NCBI GenBank assembly: GCA_965219415.1
Contig: OZ244742.1
Span: 672,001 to 736,000, forward strand
Source of the DNA: Candidatus Marinacidobacterales bacterium
GTDB taxonomy: Bacteria > Acidobacteriota > Vicinamibacteria > Marinacidobacterales > DATDRI01
Reading direction: 5' to 3'
DNA length: 64,000 nucleotides
Shown: positions 1-9,559 of the stretch, piece by piece
Numbering within the stretch: the first letter of the stretch is position 1
How the letters are laid out: each line of letters opens with the position of its first letter
Program-made: the position numbers and the translations under genes
The notes under the pieces: model-generated
Database searches by the model: none
Told to the model about the DNA's origin: nothing
The model's input: the letters and a program-made list of their open reading frames with translations, nothing else

Positions 1-2
1 CG

Positions 3-2282
3 GTGCTCGATTCAACATCTGAGCTCGGCCCGAAATCTCCACCCGAGAAATCCGTCGACGCACGCGTCCCTAAAGTAGACGGTCTCGAACGAGTGACGGG
101 AGCGGCCGCCTATGGCGCCGACTCTGCCCCGGCCGATTCCTTGTGGCTGCGAGCCATTCGCTCGCCTCACGCGCGAGCGCGTTTTCAACTCGGCTCGTTC
201 GAGTCACTCCACACTGAGTACTCAGGCCTGGCCAAGATCATGACCACCGCGGAGATTCCGGGGAACAACGGATTCGGAATCTATCCTCACATCAAAGACC
301 AGCCGGTCCTCGCTGACGGCGAAGTACGTTTTCGTGGCGAAGCGGTGGCCGCATTGATCGGTGACCGCGAGACGGTTATCTCCATTCGTGACGAAGACGT
401 ACCCGTCGAGTGGGAACCGCTCGAGCCCCTTCTCGGTATCGATGCGGCCCTTGCGCCGGATGCTCCACTCCTCCATTCCGATAAGCCAGACAACATCCTG
501 GTCAGGGGTTTGGTCGAGCGCGGAAACGCGGATGCCGGGCTGGAGCAGGGTGAAATCACGGCCGAGGGAACGTTCGAGACTCCCTTCATCGAGCACGCCT
601 ACATCGAGCCCGAGGCCGGATGGGCACGGCGCGTCGGAGATCGGGTCGAGGTCACGGTATCGACCCAAACCCCTTACATGGATCGAAACGAAGTCGCTCT
701 GGTCCTCGGCCTCGAACCGGAACAGGTACGTATCATCCCCACCGCCTGCGGTGGTGGATTCGGCGGCAAGCTCGACATGGCGGTGCAGCCATTGATCGCA
801 TGTGGTTATCGACCGGTCCGAGCCATCTACACCCGTCCCGAATCCATGGCTTCGACCACCAAGCGGCATCCTTCGCGGATGACGGCGCTATTCGCCTGTA
901 AGCGGAGCGGCCACCTCACAGCCTGTCGTTTTCACGGCGACTTCAACACCGGCGCCTATTCGTCTTGGGGACCGACGGTGGCCGGCCGCGTGCCGATCCA
1001 CGCCACCGGTCCCTACTTCGTTCCCAACATGAAGGCAACGACGCGGGCGATCTTCACCAACGAGCCACCGGCGGGTGCCTTCCGCGGCTTCGGTGTACCG
1101 CAAGCCGCCATAGCCCATGAAACACTGATCGACGAGTTGGCAGAAAAATGCGGTATCGATCCATTGGATTTCCGACTGCGAAACGCGATACGTGTTGGAC
1201 AAGAAACCGCAACCGGACAAAGACTCGAGGCAAGCGCCGGGCTCGCGCAGTGCCTCGAAGCACTTCAATCGCAGTGGCGTAAAGCGCGCCAAGCGACGGA
1301 GCGATTCAATCAAGGTTCAACCATCCTTAAACGCGGCGTCGGGGTCGGCTGCATGTGGTACGGCATCGGAAACACCGCGATGGCCAACCCTTCCAACATG
1401 AAAGTCGCGCTCGATCGCGAGGGGAAGCTGACACTTTACAACGGCGCGGTCGATATCGGCCAGGGATCCACCACCATACTGACGCAGATCTGCGCCGATG
1501 CCTTGGGCGTCCCGGTCTCGAAGTTCCACGGGCTCGTCGGGGACACCGACCTCACCGAAGACGCAGGAAAGACATCGGCTTCGCGTCAGACGTTCGTCTC
1601 CGGCAACGCGGCGAAGTTGGCGGGCGAAGAGCTGCGGCGGAAGATTCTGAATCTAGCGAACACGTGCGAGTACGCAACGATCTCGCTCGAAGGTCCGCGT
1701 GTTGTCGTTCGGGACGGAGACACCGAACACGTCGTGGACCTGGCCCAGCTTTCCGAAGAGGAGAATGGCGACGTGCTGGTGGGCAAAGGCCACTTCGATC
1801 CTCCGACCACGGCGCTCGACGAGAAGGGGCAAGGCATCCCTTACGCCACCTATGGCTTTGCCGCCCAAATGGCCGAGGTGGCAGTCGACACCGAGCTAGG
1901 AACCGTCAAGGTGCTCAAGGTGGTAGCCGCGCATGACGTCGGCCGCGCCATAAACCCGGTCCAAGTCGAGGGCCAAGTCCACGGCGGCATCGCGCAAGGG
2001 ATCGGACTTGCGCTTATGGAGGAATACATCCCCGGACGAAGCGAGAACTTGCACGACTACCTGATTCCCACCTTCGGCGACGTGCCCGAGATAGAAACGA
2101 TTATCGTTGAAGAGAACGAGCCTCTCGGAGGCTATGGCGCCAAAGGAATTGGCGAGCCAGCGCTTGTTGCGACGGCCCCAGCGATCTTGAACGCGATCCA
2201 CCACGCAGTCGGTGTACGCATCACCCGTGTGCCCGCGACACCCGACCGGGTGCGCCAAGCGCTACAGGAACGGCAGAAATGA
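3..2282 (+). CDS. Xanthine dehydrogenase-family molybdopterin-binding subunit, probably nicotinate dehydrogenase; 5'-partial
   Basis: Motifs HAYIEPE, GGGFGGK, AFRGFG, DIGQG, GQVHGG, AKGIGE; followed by nicotinate-cluster genes. Confidence 0.9.
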   Translation: MLDSTSELGPKSPPEKSVDARVPKVDGLERVTGAAAYGADSAPADSLWLRAIRSPHARARFQLGSFESLHTEYSGLAKIMTTAEIPGNNGFGIYPHIKDQPVLADGEVRFRGEAVAALIGDRETVISIRDEDVPVEWEPLEPLLGIDAALAPDAPLLHSDKPDNILVRGLVERGNADAGLEQGEITAEGTFETPFIEHAYIEPEAGWARRVGDRVEVTVSTQTPYMDRNEVALVLGLEPEQVRIIPTACGGGFGGKLDMAVQPLIACGYRPVRAIYTRPESMASTTKRHPSRMTALFACKRSGHLTACRFHGDFNTGAYSSWGPTVAGRVPIHATGPYFVPNMKATTRAIFTNEPPAGAFRGFGVPQAAIAHETLIDELAEKCGIDPLDFRLRNAIRVGQETATGQRLEASAGLAQCLEALQSQWRKARQATERFNQGSTILKRGVGVGCMWYGIGNTAMANPSNMKVALDREGKLTLYNGAVDIGQGSTTILTQICADALGVPVSKFHGLVGDTDLTEDAGKTSASRQTFVSGNAAKLAGEELRRKILNLANTCEYATISLEGPRVVVRDGDTEHVVDLAQLSEEENGDVLVGKGHFDPPTTALDEKGQGIPYATYGFAAQMAEVAVDTELGTVKVLKVVAAHDVGRAINPVQVEGQVHGGIAQGIGLALMEEYIPGRSENLHDYLIPTFGDVPEIETIIVEENEPLGGYGAKGIGEPALVATAPAILNAIHHAVGVRITRVPATPDRVRQALQERQK

Positions 2283-2919
2283 GCTCTCCCGCAACGGCCG
2301 ATAAAGAAAACATTACCTGCAATGCGTGTCCGGTTCTTTGCCGGATCCGGCCCGGCCGCACCGGCGCTTGCGATCGCTACGGCAACGTCGACGGGGTGCT
2401 CACGCGGACGGATCCTATCGTCGTGGCTCAGAAAACCATCGACGACAAGGGCAAGATGGTTCCCTTCCTCGCCAGGGACTGGGACGGCGAGCTTCTTGCT
2501 GAAGTCGCCGTGACATTTCGAGACCCAGCGGTTTGAGAGCTTCCATCATCGCCGCGATCTCCGGCTCGAACCGCCCCGCATAGGGGTTCTTGAGAACCGC
2601 GCAGATCGCACCTCGGCGGCGTGGTTTTTCTGGAGAGGGACCTCCCTCGTGGAGGATCTCCTCGAGGAAGACCAGAAACTTTCGGACCTGAATCAACTTT
2701 GACATTAGATCCTCACAAGTGAAGGCGCCGAAGTTCCTAACCGGAATCGGCACCGGGACCACTTACCCCGATTACAAACCTGCGCCCTTCATCGTGTCCA
2801 GCGAGCACGAGGGCGTGGACATGGTTACCGTCGTGACCGAGGGCATCTTTAGCTACTGCGGCGTGAAAGTGAAGATCGATACCGACCGCTTCATCGGACC
2901 CGAGCAGTCTGCCGTCCGG
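2279..2919 (+). pseudogene. 6-hydroxynicotinate reductase N-terminal fragment, interrupted at about 2497-2719 and truncated at about 2920
   Basis: CNACPVLC...GACDRY, then TGIGTGTTYPDYKPAPFIVS...VTEGIFSYCGVKVKIDTDR. Confidence 0.8.
2497..2705 (-). pseudogene. Inverted N-terminal fragment of an amino-acid-synthesis family (DUF1185-like) gene
   Basis: MSKLIQVRKFLVFLEEILHEGG...AVLKNPYAGRF, preceded by a GAGG RBS; truncated. Confidence 0.75.
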
Positions 2920-3078
2920 AGTGTGGGGAGTTCTCCTACGAGATTGGGAAGGATGGTTTCGAGACACTGCCAGGCCCGAGCGTACGCAGCCTCGAGCTCC
3001 TTTGCCTCTCCGAACGCCTCGAAAATGAGATCGATCGGTCCATGCTGGTAGTGCCATCGGCGTCCATCACGAAGCTAG
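2920..3078 (-). pseudogene. Inverted fragment of a UPF0280-family gene
   Basis: Manual minus-strand translation LRDGRRWHYQHGPIDLIFEAFG...AAYARAWQCLETILPNLVGELPTL. Confidence 0.7.
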
Positions 3079-4046
3079 GCTCTGTGGGGTATGCGGTGAG
3101 CCTCCTTCCCCGATATCGGTGGGCTTCCGACGGGAAGTCGATCGTCTTGTCGCAAGGAGGCAAACTGCGAACCGTCCAAGTTGAATCGGGAAGCGATGGA
3201 GGAAGTACAGCGAAAGGCCGAAGCCGGAGCGAGCGCCATCAAGCAATACCTCCAGCCACGGAGAGACCAGCGGCAGTGGATCGTGGATGCCGCACGAAAG
3301 GTTGGCCTAACCGTCACTGGTGAAGGTGGCGACCTCGAGTTCAATCTCAGCATGATCATGGATGGTCACAAGGGCTTCGAGCACGGGCTGAGCTACTTCC
3401 CTATCTACAGCGACGTAGCGAAGTTTCTCGGCCAGGCGGACGCGGTGTACTCGCCCGTATTCTCGGTAGCCGGACCTGGCTACATCTTCAACCAGGATTA
3501 TTTCTTTCAAGAACGCGATCTTTGGAAAGAGGAAAAACTCCGCCGTTTCTCGCCCTGGTGGCAGCTCATGCCGCACCTGCGTCAACGCATCCTACGCCCG
3601 GCAAGCGATTACGATTTTCCGCTGCGGGCCCAGGGACTGGCAGACATCATCGCCGAAGGAGGCCCCACGGGGCCATCGGGTCACACGGACAACAGCATGG
3701 CCTCGCGTCCCACTGGGAGGTCTGGATGGCAGCGTCGGCGCTCGGTCCGATGGGAGCGCTCGAGGTCGCAAGCCTCGAGGGTGCTTACTTCATCGGTGTG
3801 GACCAGGACATCGGCTCTATCGTGCCAGGCAAATTGGCCGACGTCCTTGTTCTCGACTCCAATCCTCTTGACAACATCCGCAACACTCTCGACATCGCAT
3901 ACGTCATGAAGGGCGGCATTCTCTACGACGCCGACACTCCGGACGAGATTTGGCCGGAGGACCGCCCCTTCGGGGACTACTACTGGGTGAACCCCGACGC
4001 CCTGAAAGACGATGTCCGTCCCGTCACCCACTGGGACAAGCGGTGA
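3079..4046 (+). pseudogene. Fragments of a PD40/TolB-repeat amidohydrolase gene, with a large internal deletion and a frameshift
   Basis: PRYRWASDGKSIV beta-propeller piece joined to GASAIKQYLQPRRDQRQW...GSHGQQHGL...GSIVPGKLADVLVLDSNPL. Confidence 0.75.
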
Positions 4047-4056
4047 GACATTCACC

Positions 4057-6663
4057 TCATCTGGAGTGCGGCGCCTCAGGCGGTGCGAGGATCGTGTTGA
4101 ACAATAGGTCAAACGTGCCGACGCTCAGCCAACGGTGAACGGGGTTGAACGCGAACATCACGAGTTTGCCTCGTCCGATGGGCGCTTCGATGATCGCCGG
4201 CGCGCCTCGAAGTGGCACGGCATTGTCGGCAAGCCCAGATAACCACGTTTCGTTTTCCGCGAAGCGGAGCAGCACAGAGGCGCTGCCGCCTTCCATCACC
4301 GAGAACACCGGGGCCTTGGCGAAAAAAACTGCCAGCTCTCGAGAGTAGCCGTCCGTCGTCGGCCGGCGGTCGTCGACAACCTCCGCGCTCAATATCGATC
4401 CGGGGACGAGAAGCCCCGGTGGGTCGACGATCGCGACATCGGGTACCAACCCATAGTCCACCGGAACTCGACACGCCGATCCAATGGTAACGAGAGTCCC
4501 GCCGTCTCTCACAAACGTCTCGAGATTCTCCACTCCCACCAGACCCATCCCGCCCGTGATGTCTTCGGAGGAATCGTAGTCGCCCATGAAACGAAACCGC
4601 GCCGTCCTAGCGTAGGCGAGCGGTCCGTACTTTCGGTCCAACCCGGCCACGATGGCTTCGCCATCGCCTCTCCCGGCGGGACTCGCCGGAGCGAAAACGA
4701 GCGCGTCGAAGTCTTTCGCCAATCCTCCGCGTCGCAATCTCTCTTCGTTGACTAGCTCATAGCGAACCCCCAGTGTATCCAGCGTGAACCGGAGCCAACC
4801 GGTGTCCTGTGTATATCTCCAGGTGTAGACGAGTCCGACACGCGGTGAGCCAGCTTCTTCGAAGCGACGCTTCAAGGCCTTCGTCTCCGTGTAGCCGTTC
4901 GGTACCTCCGTCACCACCGGCTCCATCGCGGCGTTCAAAATGGCTTGGTCCCGCACTTCCATCGTGCGGACGCCGTACATGAGGCCAAGTGTCCAGGCGG
5001 TGTCGTCATAGGAAGGGGGGGCGTTCTTCGGATATTTCTGAATCTCGAACAGGGTCTGGATGAAGTTCCGGTAAGGCTGGTCCATGCGGACGACGTAGGA
5101 ACCCCGAGGCAAGCGTGCCTCACCCGCGCCGACCGCTTCCACGCTCGCTCCGCCATCGACGCCGCTCGTATCCACTACCGACGCCAACGTCATTTCGGCA
5201 GTCAGTCGGTGGACCTCGATCCCGTGGCGACGAACGAGGTTGACCAGCGAGGTGGCCCGTGCGTCAGCGTCTCGATGCCCAACGCTCCCCTGCCCCGAGG
5301 GGACTACCCATGCGTAAGGTGGCTCGGTCCTCCCCCGATGAAGGGAGTTGGAGCTCTTTTTCCAGAAGTTCTCGAGTAGCGTCTCGGGGTGACGGGCAAC
5401 CAGATCCAATGCGCTCAACACCGCAGTCTGTTGGTAATTGATACTGTTCCGATGGGACCATTCGACTTCCCGGTAGGGTGGGACCGGCCGAAACCACTCC
5501 CGACTGAGACGGTTCGCGTACGTCCGGGTGTGATTGAAAATAGATAGAATCGGCTCGGTGAGCTCGCGTCTCATCGTGCTGGCCCCCGCATTGCCGAAGG
5601 ATTGATGGAAGCGGCCTGCCGCATTTCGATTGACCGCGATCCAAGCTACGTACCCCGGGTACCAAGCCTGCGCGAAGTCATACACCCAAACGCCGGGCAT
5701 ACCCCAGCGATTCATTTGAGCTAGCTCGTAATGAGCCAACCACGATAGCTCCGTTTCGTAGATGGGGCCGTAGTTAGGATAGTTCGGTCCGGTTCCGGTG
5801 AAGATGTAGAGAAACGGCAAGGACTCGTGGAAGTCGTCTATCACCTGAGGGTGGAAACTGTCGAAGAGCTCGAGCAAGGCACGGGTCGCCGGCTGGGAAA
5901 GAACGATGCCGTCCCGGTTCGTGTCGTGGTAGAGATACTTGCTCCAGTAGGGCGAGGTCGGTTTCCACTGCGTCTGATCGGTAATGTCGATCAGGTGACG
6001 CGAGTACCAATCGGCATATCGATCGCGCCCGTCGGGCTCGAAGACTGGCAGAATGAGAACGATCACTTCGTGACGAATCCGCTCGAGTGTCGGATCATCG
6101 CTGACCGCCAAGCGGTACGCCAGCTCCATCATCATTTCGGGGCTCGCGGTCTCCGCCCCCTGAACCGCTCCCATCACCGCGTAGATGGGTTTTCCTTCTC
6201 GAACGATGTCCGCGGACCGTGCCTCGGAGGTTAGTCTAGGGTCTGCGAGCGCGGCGGTCATGGATTTGTATTTCTCGATTTGCCGGATGTTCTCTTCCGA
6301 GCTGACGGCGAGCGCGATGATGCGGCGTCCTTCGCTCGATGTCCCGATGAAGAATGAATCGACTCGCGCAGATTTTTCAGCCAGCGCTTCCATATAACGA
6401 ACGATGTCCGCGTAGTAGGTCATCTTGCCAGGCTGACCTACGGTGTAACCGAGAACCTCTCGCGGCGGTGGTACGCCATCGATGGACGCGGGCAAGGGAT
6501 CGACGAGCGGAGAGAGGAACTCCGGGCGCGTCGTATAGCTACGAATCGCCCTCGTCCCCTCCTCGTCGACGCCCGCACGTTGGGAGGGCGCGGACTCTGC
6601 GGTCAAACCCGAAATCACCGAGACCAGGCATGCGATTGTAGTGCAACGCGGCAGGGTTCCCAT
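4057..6663 (-). CDS. Exported M14-family zinc carboxypeptidase-like protein with C-terminal glutamine amidotransferase-like domain
   Basis: Signal peptide, IGTSSEGR, PDGRD, HDTNRD, DDFHES; the first Zn-ligand motif reads QGAE rather than HxxE. Confidence 0.8.
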   Translation of the reverse strand: MGTLPRCTTIACLVSVISGLTAESAPSQRAGVDEEGTRAIRSYTTRPEFLSPLVDPLPASIDGVPPPREVLGYTVGQPGKMTYYADIVRYMEALAEKSARVDSFFIGTSSEGRRIIALAVSSEENIRQIEKYKSMTAALADPRLTSEARSADIVREGKPIYAVMGAVQGAETASPEMMMELAYRLAVSDDPTLERIRHEVIVLILPVFEPDGRDRYADWYSRHLIDITDQTQWKPTSPYWSKYLYHDTNRDGIVLSQPATRALLELFDSFHPQVIDDFHESLPFLYIFTGTGPNYPNYGPIYETELSWLAHYELAQMNRWGMPGVWVYDFAQAWYPGYVAWIAVNRNAAGRFHQSFGNAGASTMRRELTEPILSIFNHTRTYANRLSREWFRPVPPYREVEWSHRNSINYQQTAVLSALDLVARHPETLLENFWKKSSNSLHRGRTEPPYAWVVPSGQGSVGHRDADARATSLVNLVRRHGIEVHRLTAEMTLASVVDTSGVDGGASVEAVGAGEARLPRGSYVVRMDQPYRNFIQTLFEIQKYPKNAPPSYDDTAWTLGLMYGVRTMEVRDQAILNAAMEPVVTEVPNGYTETKALKRRFEEAGSPRVGLVYTWRYTQDTGWLRFTLDTLGVRYELVNEERLRRGGLAKDFDALVFAPASPAGRGDGEAIVAGLDRKYGPLAYARTARFRFMGDYDSSEDITGGMGLVGVENLETFVRDGGTLVTIGSACRVPVDYGLVPDVAIVDPPGLLVPGSILSAEVVDDRRPTTDGYSRELAVFFAKAPVFSVMEGGSASVLLRFAENETWLSGLADNAVPLRGAPAIIEAPIGRGKLVMFAFNPVHRWLSVGTFDLLFNTILAPPEAPHSR

Positions 6664-6754
6664 GTCCCAACCGTATATCATGGCGGCGAGCAGCTTGCGA
6701 TTGCAGGAGCTCCGTTGGCAAAAAGCCGTCGAATTAAGGTAGATTCTCGCGGAG

Positions 6755-7468
6755 ATGAAAACAGCAAAATCAACGCTTCATATCGCGGAGGGAGGCTTCC
6801 TCGCTCGCCCCGAAAAAAAGGCCGACTCGGACCAGCGGGATGCAGAGATAAGGCCCTACGCCGCCCAGCAGCCCGGCTTCGTCGAAACCTATGGCGGTTC
6901 CATTACCGGTACCGACTGGGGCTTTTTCACTGCCAAGTTTCGGAGTCTGCAAGACATGGAACACTGGCAAGCGGACCGAACACATAACGATGTGCAAGAC
7001 GAAGCGAGGGATTCGTTTTGGTACGCCTACTACGTTCGCAAAGGACGCTTGCTATCAGCGGCCGAGACCGCCGAGGGGAAGCTCCTGTGCGAGGCGGTGT
7101 TGCTCCGCGACCAGCCGCTGAGTCCCGAGGAACATAACGTTGCCAACGCGGCGGCCGTGGAGACTTCTCGATTCGGCGTTCTGCCGTACGAGACGCTGAG
7201 AGGTTCCCCCATCCCCACGCCCTACGTATTCACCGGCCCGGTGGGCGTCTTACCCCAGGCCGCGCCGGTGCAATACGTCTTGCTTACCTACTGGGAGAAA
7301 ACCGAGGCCAGTGCCGCATGGCAAGAGTCCCCGGCGTTCCAACACTTCGAACAGCTCGGCCAAGTCTCAACCTCGCTTTACGTGCTAATTCCAGAAAGAC
7401 AACCTCGCATGGGACTTCTTCCCGACCGTTTGCAGCGGGAGTGGGTCGCACCGGATGCGCCCATTTGA
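6755..7468 (+). CDS. Hypothetical protein with antibiotic biosynthesis monooxygenase-like (dimeric alpha-beta barrel) domains
   Basis: AAQQPGFV...FRSLQDMEHW...H...Q...WY pattern; GGAG RBS. Confidence 0.55.
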   Translation: MKTAKSTLHIAEGGFLARPEKKADSDQRDAEIRPYAAQQPGFVETYGGSITGTDWGFFTAKFRSLQDMEHWQADRTHNDVQDEARDSFWYAYYVRKGRLLSAAETAEGKLLCEAVLLRDQPLSPEEHNVANAAAVETSRFGVLPYETLRGSPIPTPYVFTGPVGVLPQAAPVQYVLLTYWEKTEASAAWQESPAFQHFEQLGQVSTSLYVLIPERQPRMGLLPDRLQREWVAPDAPI

Positions 7469-7504
7469 TGCCCGAAGGACGCCGGGCTAGCCCCGTCACC
7501 AGAA

Positions 7505-9559
7505 ATGTCCAGCCAGCCCCGCAAGCCCCGTAAGATTGTCGGCGTCGACGTGGGCGGTACGTTTACCGATCTCGTGTGGATGGAAGAGGCGGGAGAGGAC
7601 GTACGCGTGGCGAAGGTACCCACCACCGTCCCAAACCAGGCCATCGGTGTGTTGGCGGCTCTCGAGGCGGCGGACGCCGATTTGAGCGCGGTCACCTCCA
7701 TCGTGCACGGGACGACGACCACCACAAACGCCTTGCTCGAGCGCAAGGTGTCTCGCTGCGGCTTGGTCACCACCAAGGGCTTTCGTGTCCTCGAGTTGGG
7801 ACGCCGCACCCGCCCCAATCCATACGGCATGGTCGGCCATTTCGAACCGCTGATCCCTCGCGAACTGAGGCTCGAGGTGCGCGAGCGGATGGACGCCGAC
7901 GGCAAAGTGGTGACGCCCCTCGACCGGGACGAAACCGCGACAGTCATCAAAAAACTGCGGGACTTAGGCTACGAGTCTCTGGTCATCCACTTCCTGCACG
8001 CCTACATCAACCCCGAGCACGAGCGACAAGCCGCCGAAATAGCGCGCGAGCTCTGGCCCAATTCCTACATCACGATGGGTCATGCGATTCTGAGCGAGTA
8101 CCGGGAGTACGAGCGCGGCACGACGGCGGCCGTCAACGCGGCGATTCAGCCGGTCCTCCACCGCTACATCTCCCGCCTTCAGGACGAGCTCCACGGACGT
8201 TCCTACGCCTATGACCTCTTGGTGATGCAAGGCAACGGCGGAATGGTATCCTCGAAGATCGTGTCGGAGGCCGCGGTCAACACGGTGATGTCTGGACCGG
8301 CTTCCGGTGTCATGGCCGCCGCATACACCGCAAAGGCTTCCGGCTACCCGAACGTCATCACCTACGATATGGGTGGGACGAGCTGTGACGTCGGTCTCAT
8401 CCAAGGAGGCATCCCCCAGGTCAGTGCCGAGCTCGAGCTCGAGTACGCCATGCCGATTCACGTTCCCATGGTCGATGTTCACAGTATTGGGGCGGGAGGC
8501 GGTTCCATCGCCTTCATCAACGACGCCGGCATGTTGCAGGTCGGTCCGGAGAGTGCAGGAGCCGATCCCGGCCCGATTTGCTACGGTCGCGGCGGGCGCC
8601 GCCCGACGATAACCGACGCGAACTTGGTCCTGGGCCGCCTCAACCCAAAAACTTTGCTCGCCGTCGACAATCCGGTATCGCTCGAAGACGTAAAGAGCAC
8701 CCTTGTTCGAGACATCGGCACACCTCTCGGCATTAGCGCGGAAGAAGCGGCGGCGGCGGTGCTGCAAATCGGCAACAACCGTATGGCCGGCGCCTTGCGC
8801 ATGGTTTCCTTGGCCCGTGGCCACGATCCACGTGACTTCGCTCTCTTTGCCTTCGGCGGCGCGGGACCGCTTCATGCCGTCGCACTCGCTCGCGAGCTCG
8901 CAGTGCCGACGATCATCGTTCCGGCACGCCCTGGCATCACCAATGCGGTCGGCTGTATCGCCGCCGACGTGCGCCATGACTATGTCAATACGCTCAACCA
9001 CCCGCTCCCGACACTCGACATGGATCGGGTGCGCCAAATCCTTGGATCTCAAATCGACGAAGGAAAACGAACCATCGAGCGCGAAGGCATCGAAATTGAA
9101 AACCTCGAGGTCATCCACTCCGCGGACATGCAGTTTCTGGGGCAGACACACATTCTGACCATCCCCGTCCCGGATATCGACGTGACCCGTCGTCAGCTCC
9201 AAGAGGCGTTCGAAAGAGCGTACTGGAATCGATTCGAAGTCGAGCTCCCCGAGATCCGTGCGGTGTTGGTGAATTTACATACCGCGGTCGTCGGTTCCAG
9301 AAAGGCGGTCCCTTTGAAAGCGCTCGCGGCGACCGATGGCCAGGCCGGTGCCTCCGCGTCTCAGAGAAAGGTGTGGTTCCAACAAGGCTGGCTGGCTACT
9401 GATATCTACGAGCGTCGCCAATTACCGGCGGGGAGTCGAATCGAGGGTCCCGCAGTCGTCGAGCAGCTCGACACAACCGCCGTCATCGAGCCCGGCAATC
9501 ACGTCGTCTCCGACGATCTTGGCAACCTCATCATCACCATCGACGGAGGGAAGGATTGA
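7505..9559 (+). CDS. Hydantoinase/oxoprolinase subunit A
   Basis: GVDVGGTFTD, HGTT, SGPASG, DMGGTS, GAGGGS, FGGAG. Confidence 0.95.
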   Translation: MSSQPRKPRKIVGVDVGGTFTDLVWMEEAGEDVRVAKVPTTVPNQAIGVLAALEAADADLSAVTSIVHGTTTTTNALLERKVSRCGLVTTKGFRVLELGRRTRPNPYGMVGHFEPLIPRELRLEVRERMDADGKVVTPLDRDETATVIKKLRDLGYESLVIHFLHAYINPEHERQAAEIARELWPNSYITMGHAILSEYREYERGTTAAVNAAIQPVLHRYISRLQDELHGRSYAYDLLVMQGNGGMVSSKIVSEAAVNTVMSGPASGVMAAAYTAKASGYPNVITYDMGGTSCDVGLIQGGIPQVSAELELEYAMPIHVPMVDVHSIGAGGGSIAFINDAGMLQVGPESAGADPGPICYGRGGRRPTITDANLVLGRLNPKTLLAVDNPVSLEDVKSTLVRDIGTPLGISAEEAAAAVLQIGNNRMAGALRMVSLARGHDPRDFALFAFGGAGPLHAVALARELAVPTIIVPARPGITNAVGCIAADVRHDYVNTLNHPLPTLDMDRVRQILGSQIDEGKRTIEREGIEIENLEVIHSADMQFLGQTHILTIPVPDIDVTRRQLQEAFERAYWNRFEVELPEIRAVLVNLHTAVVGSRKAVPLKALAATDGQAGASASQRKVWFQQGWLATDIYERRQLPAGSRIEGPAVVEQLDTTAVIEPGNHVVSDDLGNLIITIDGGKD

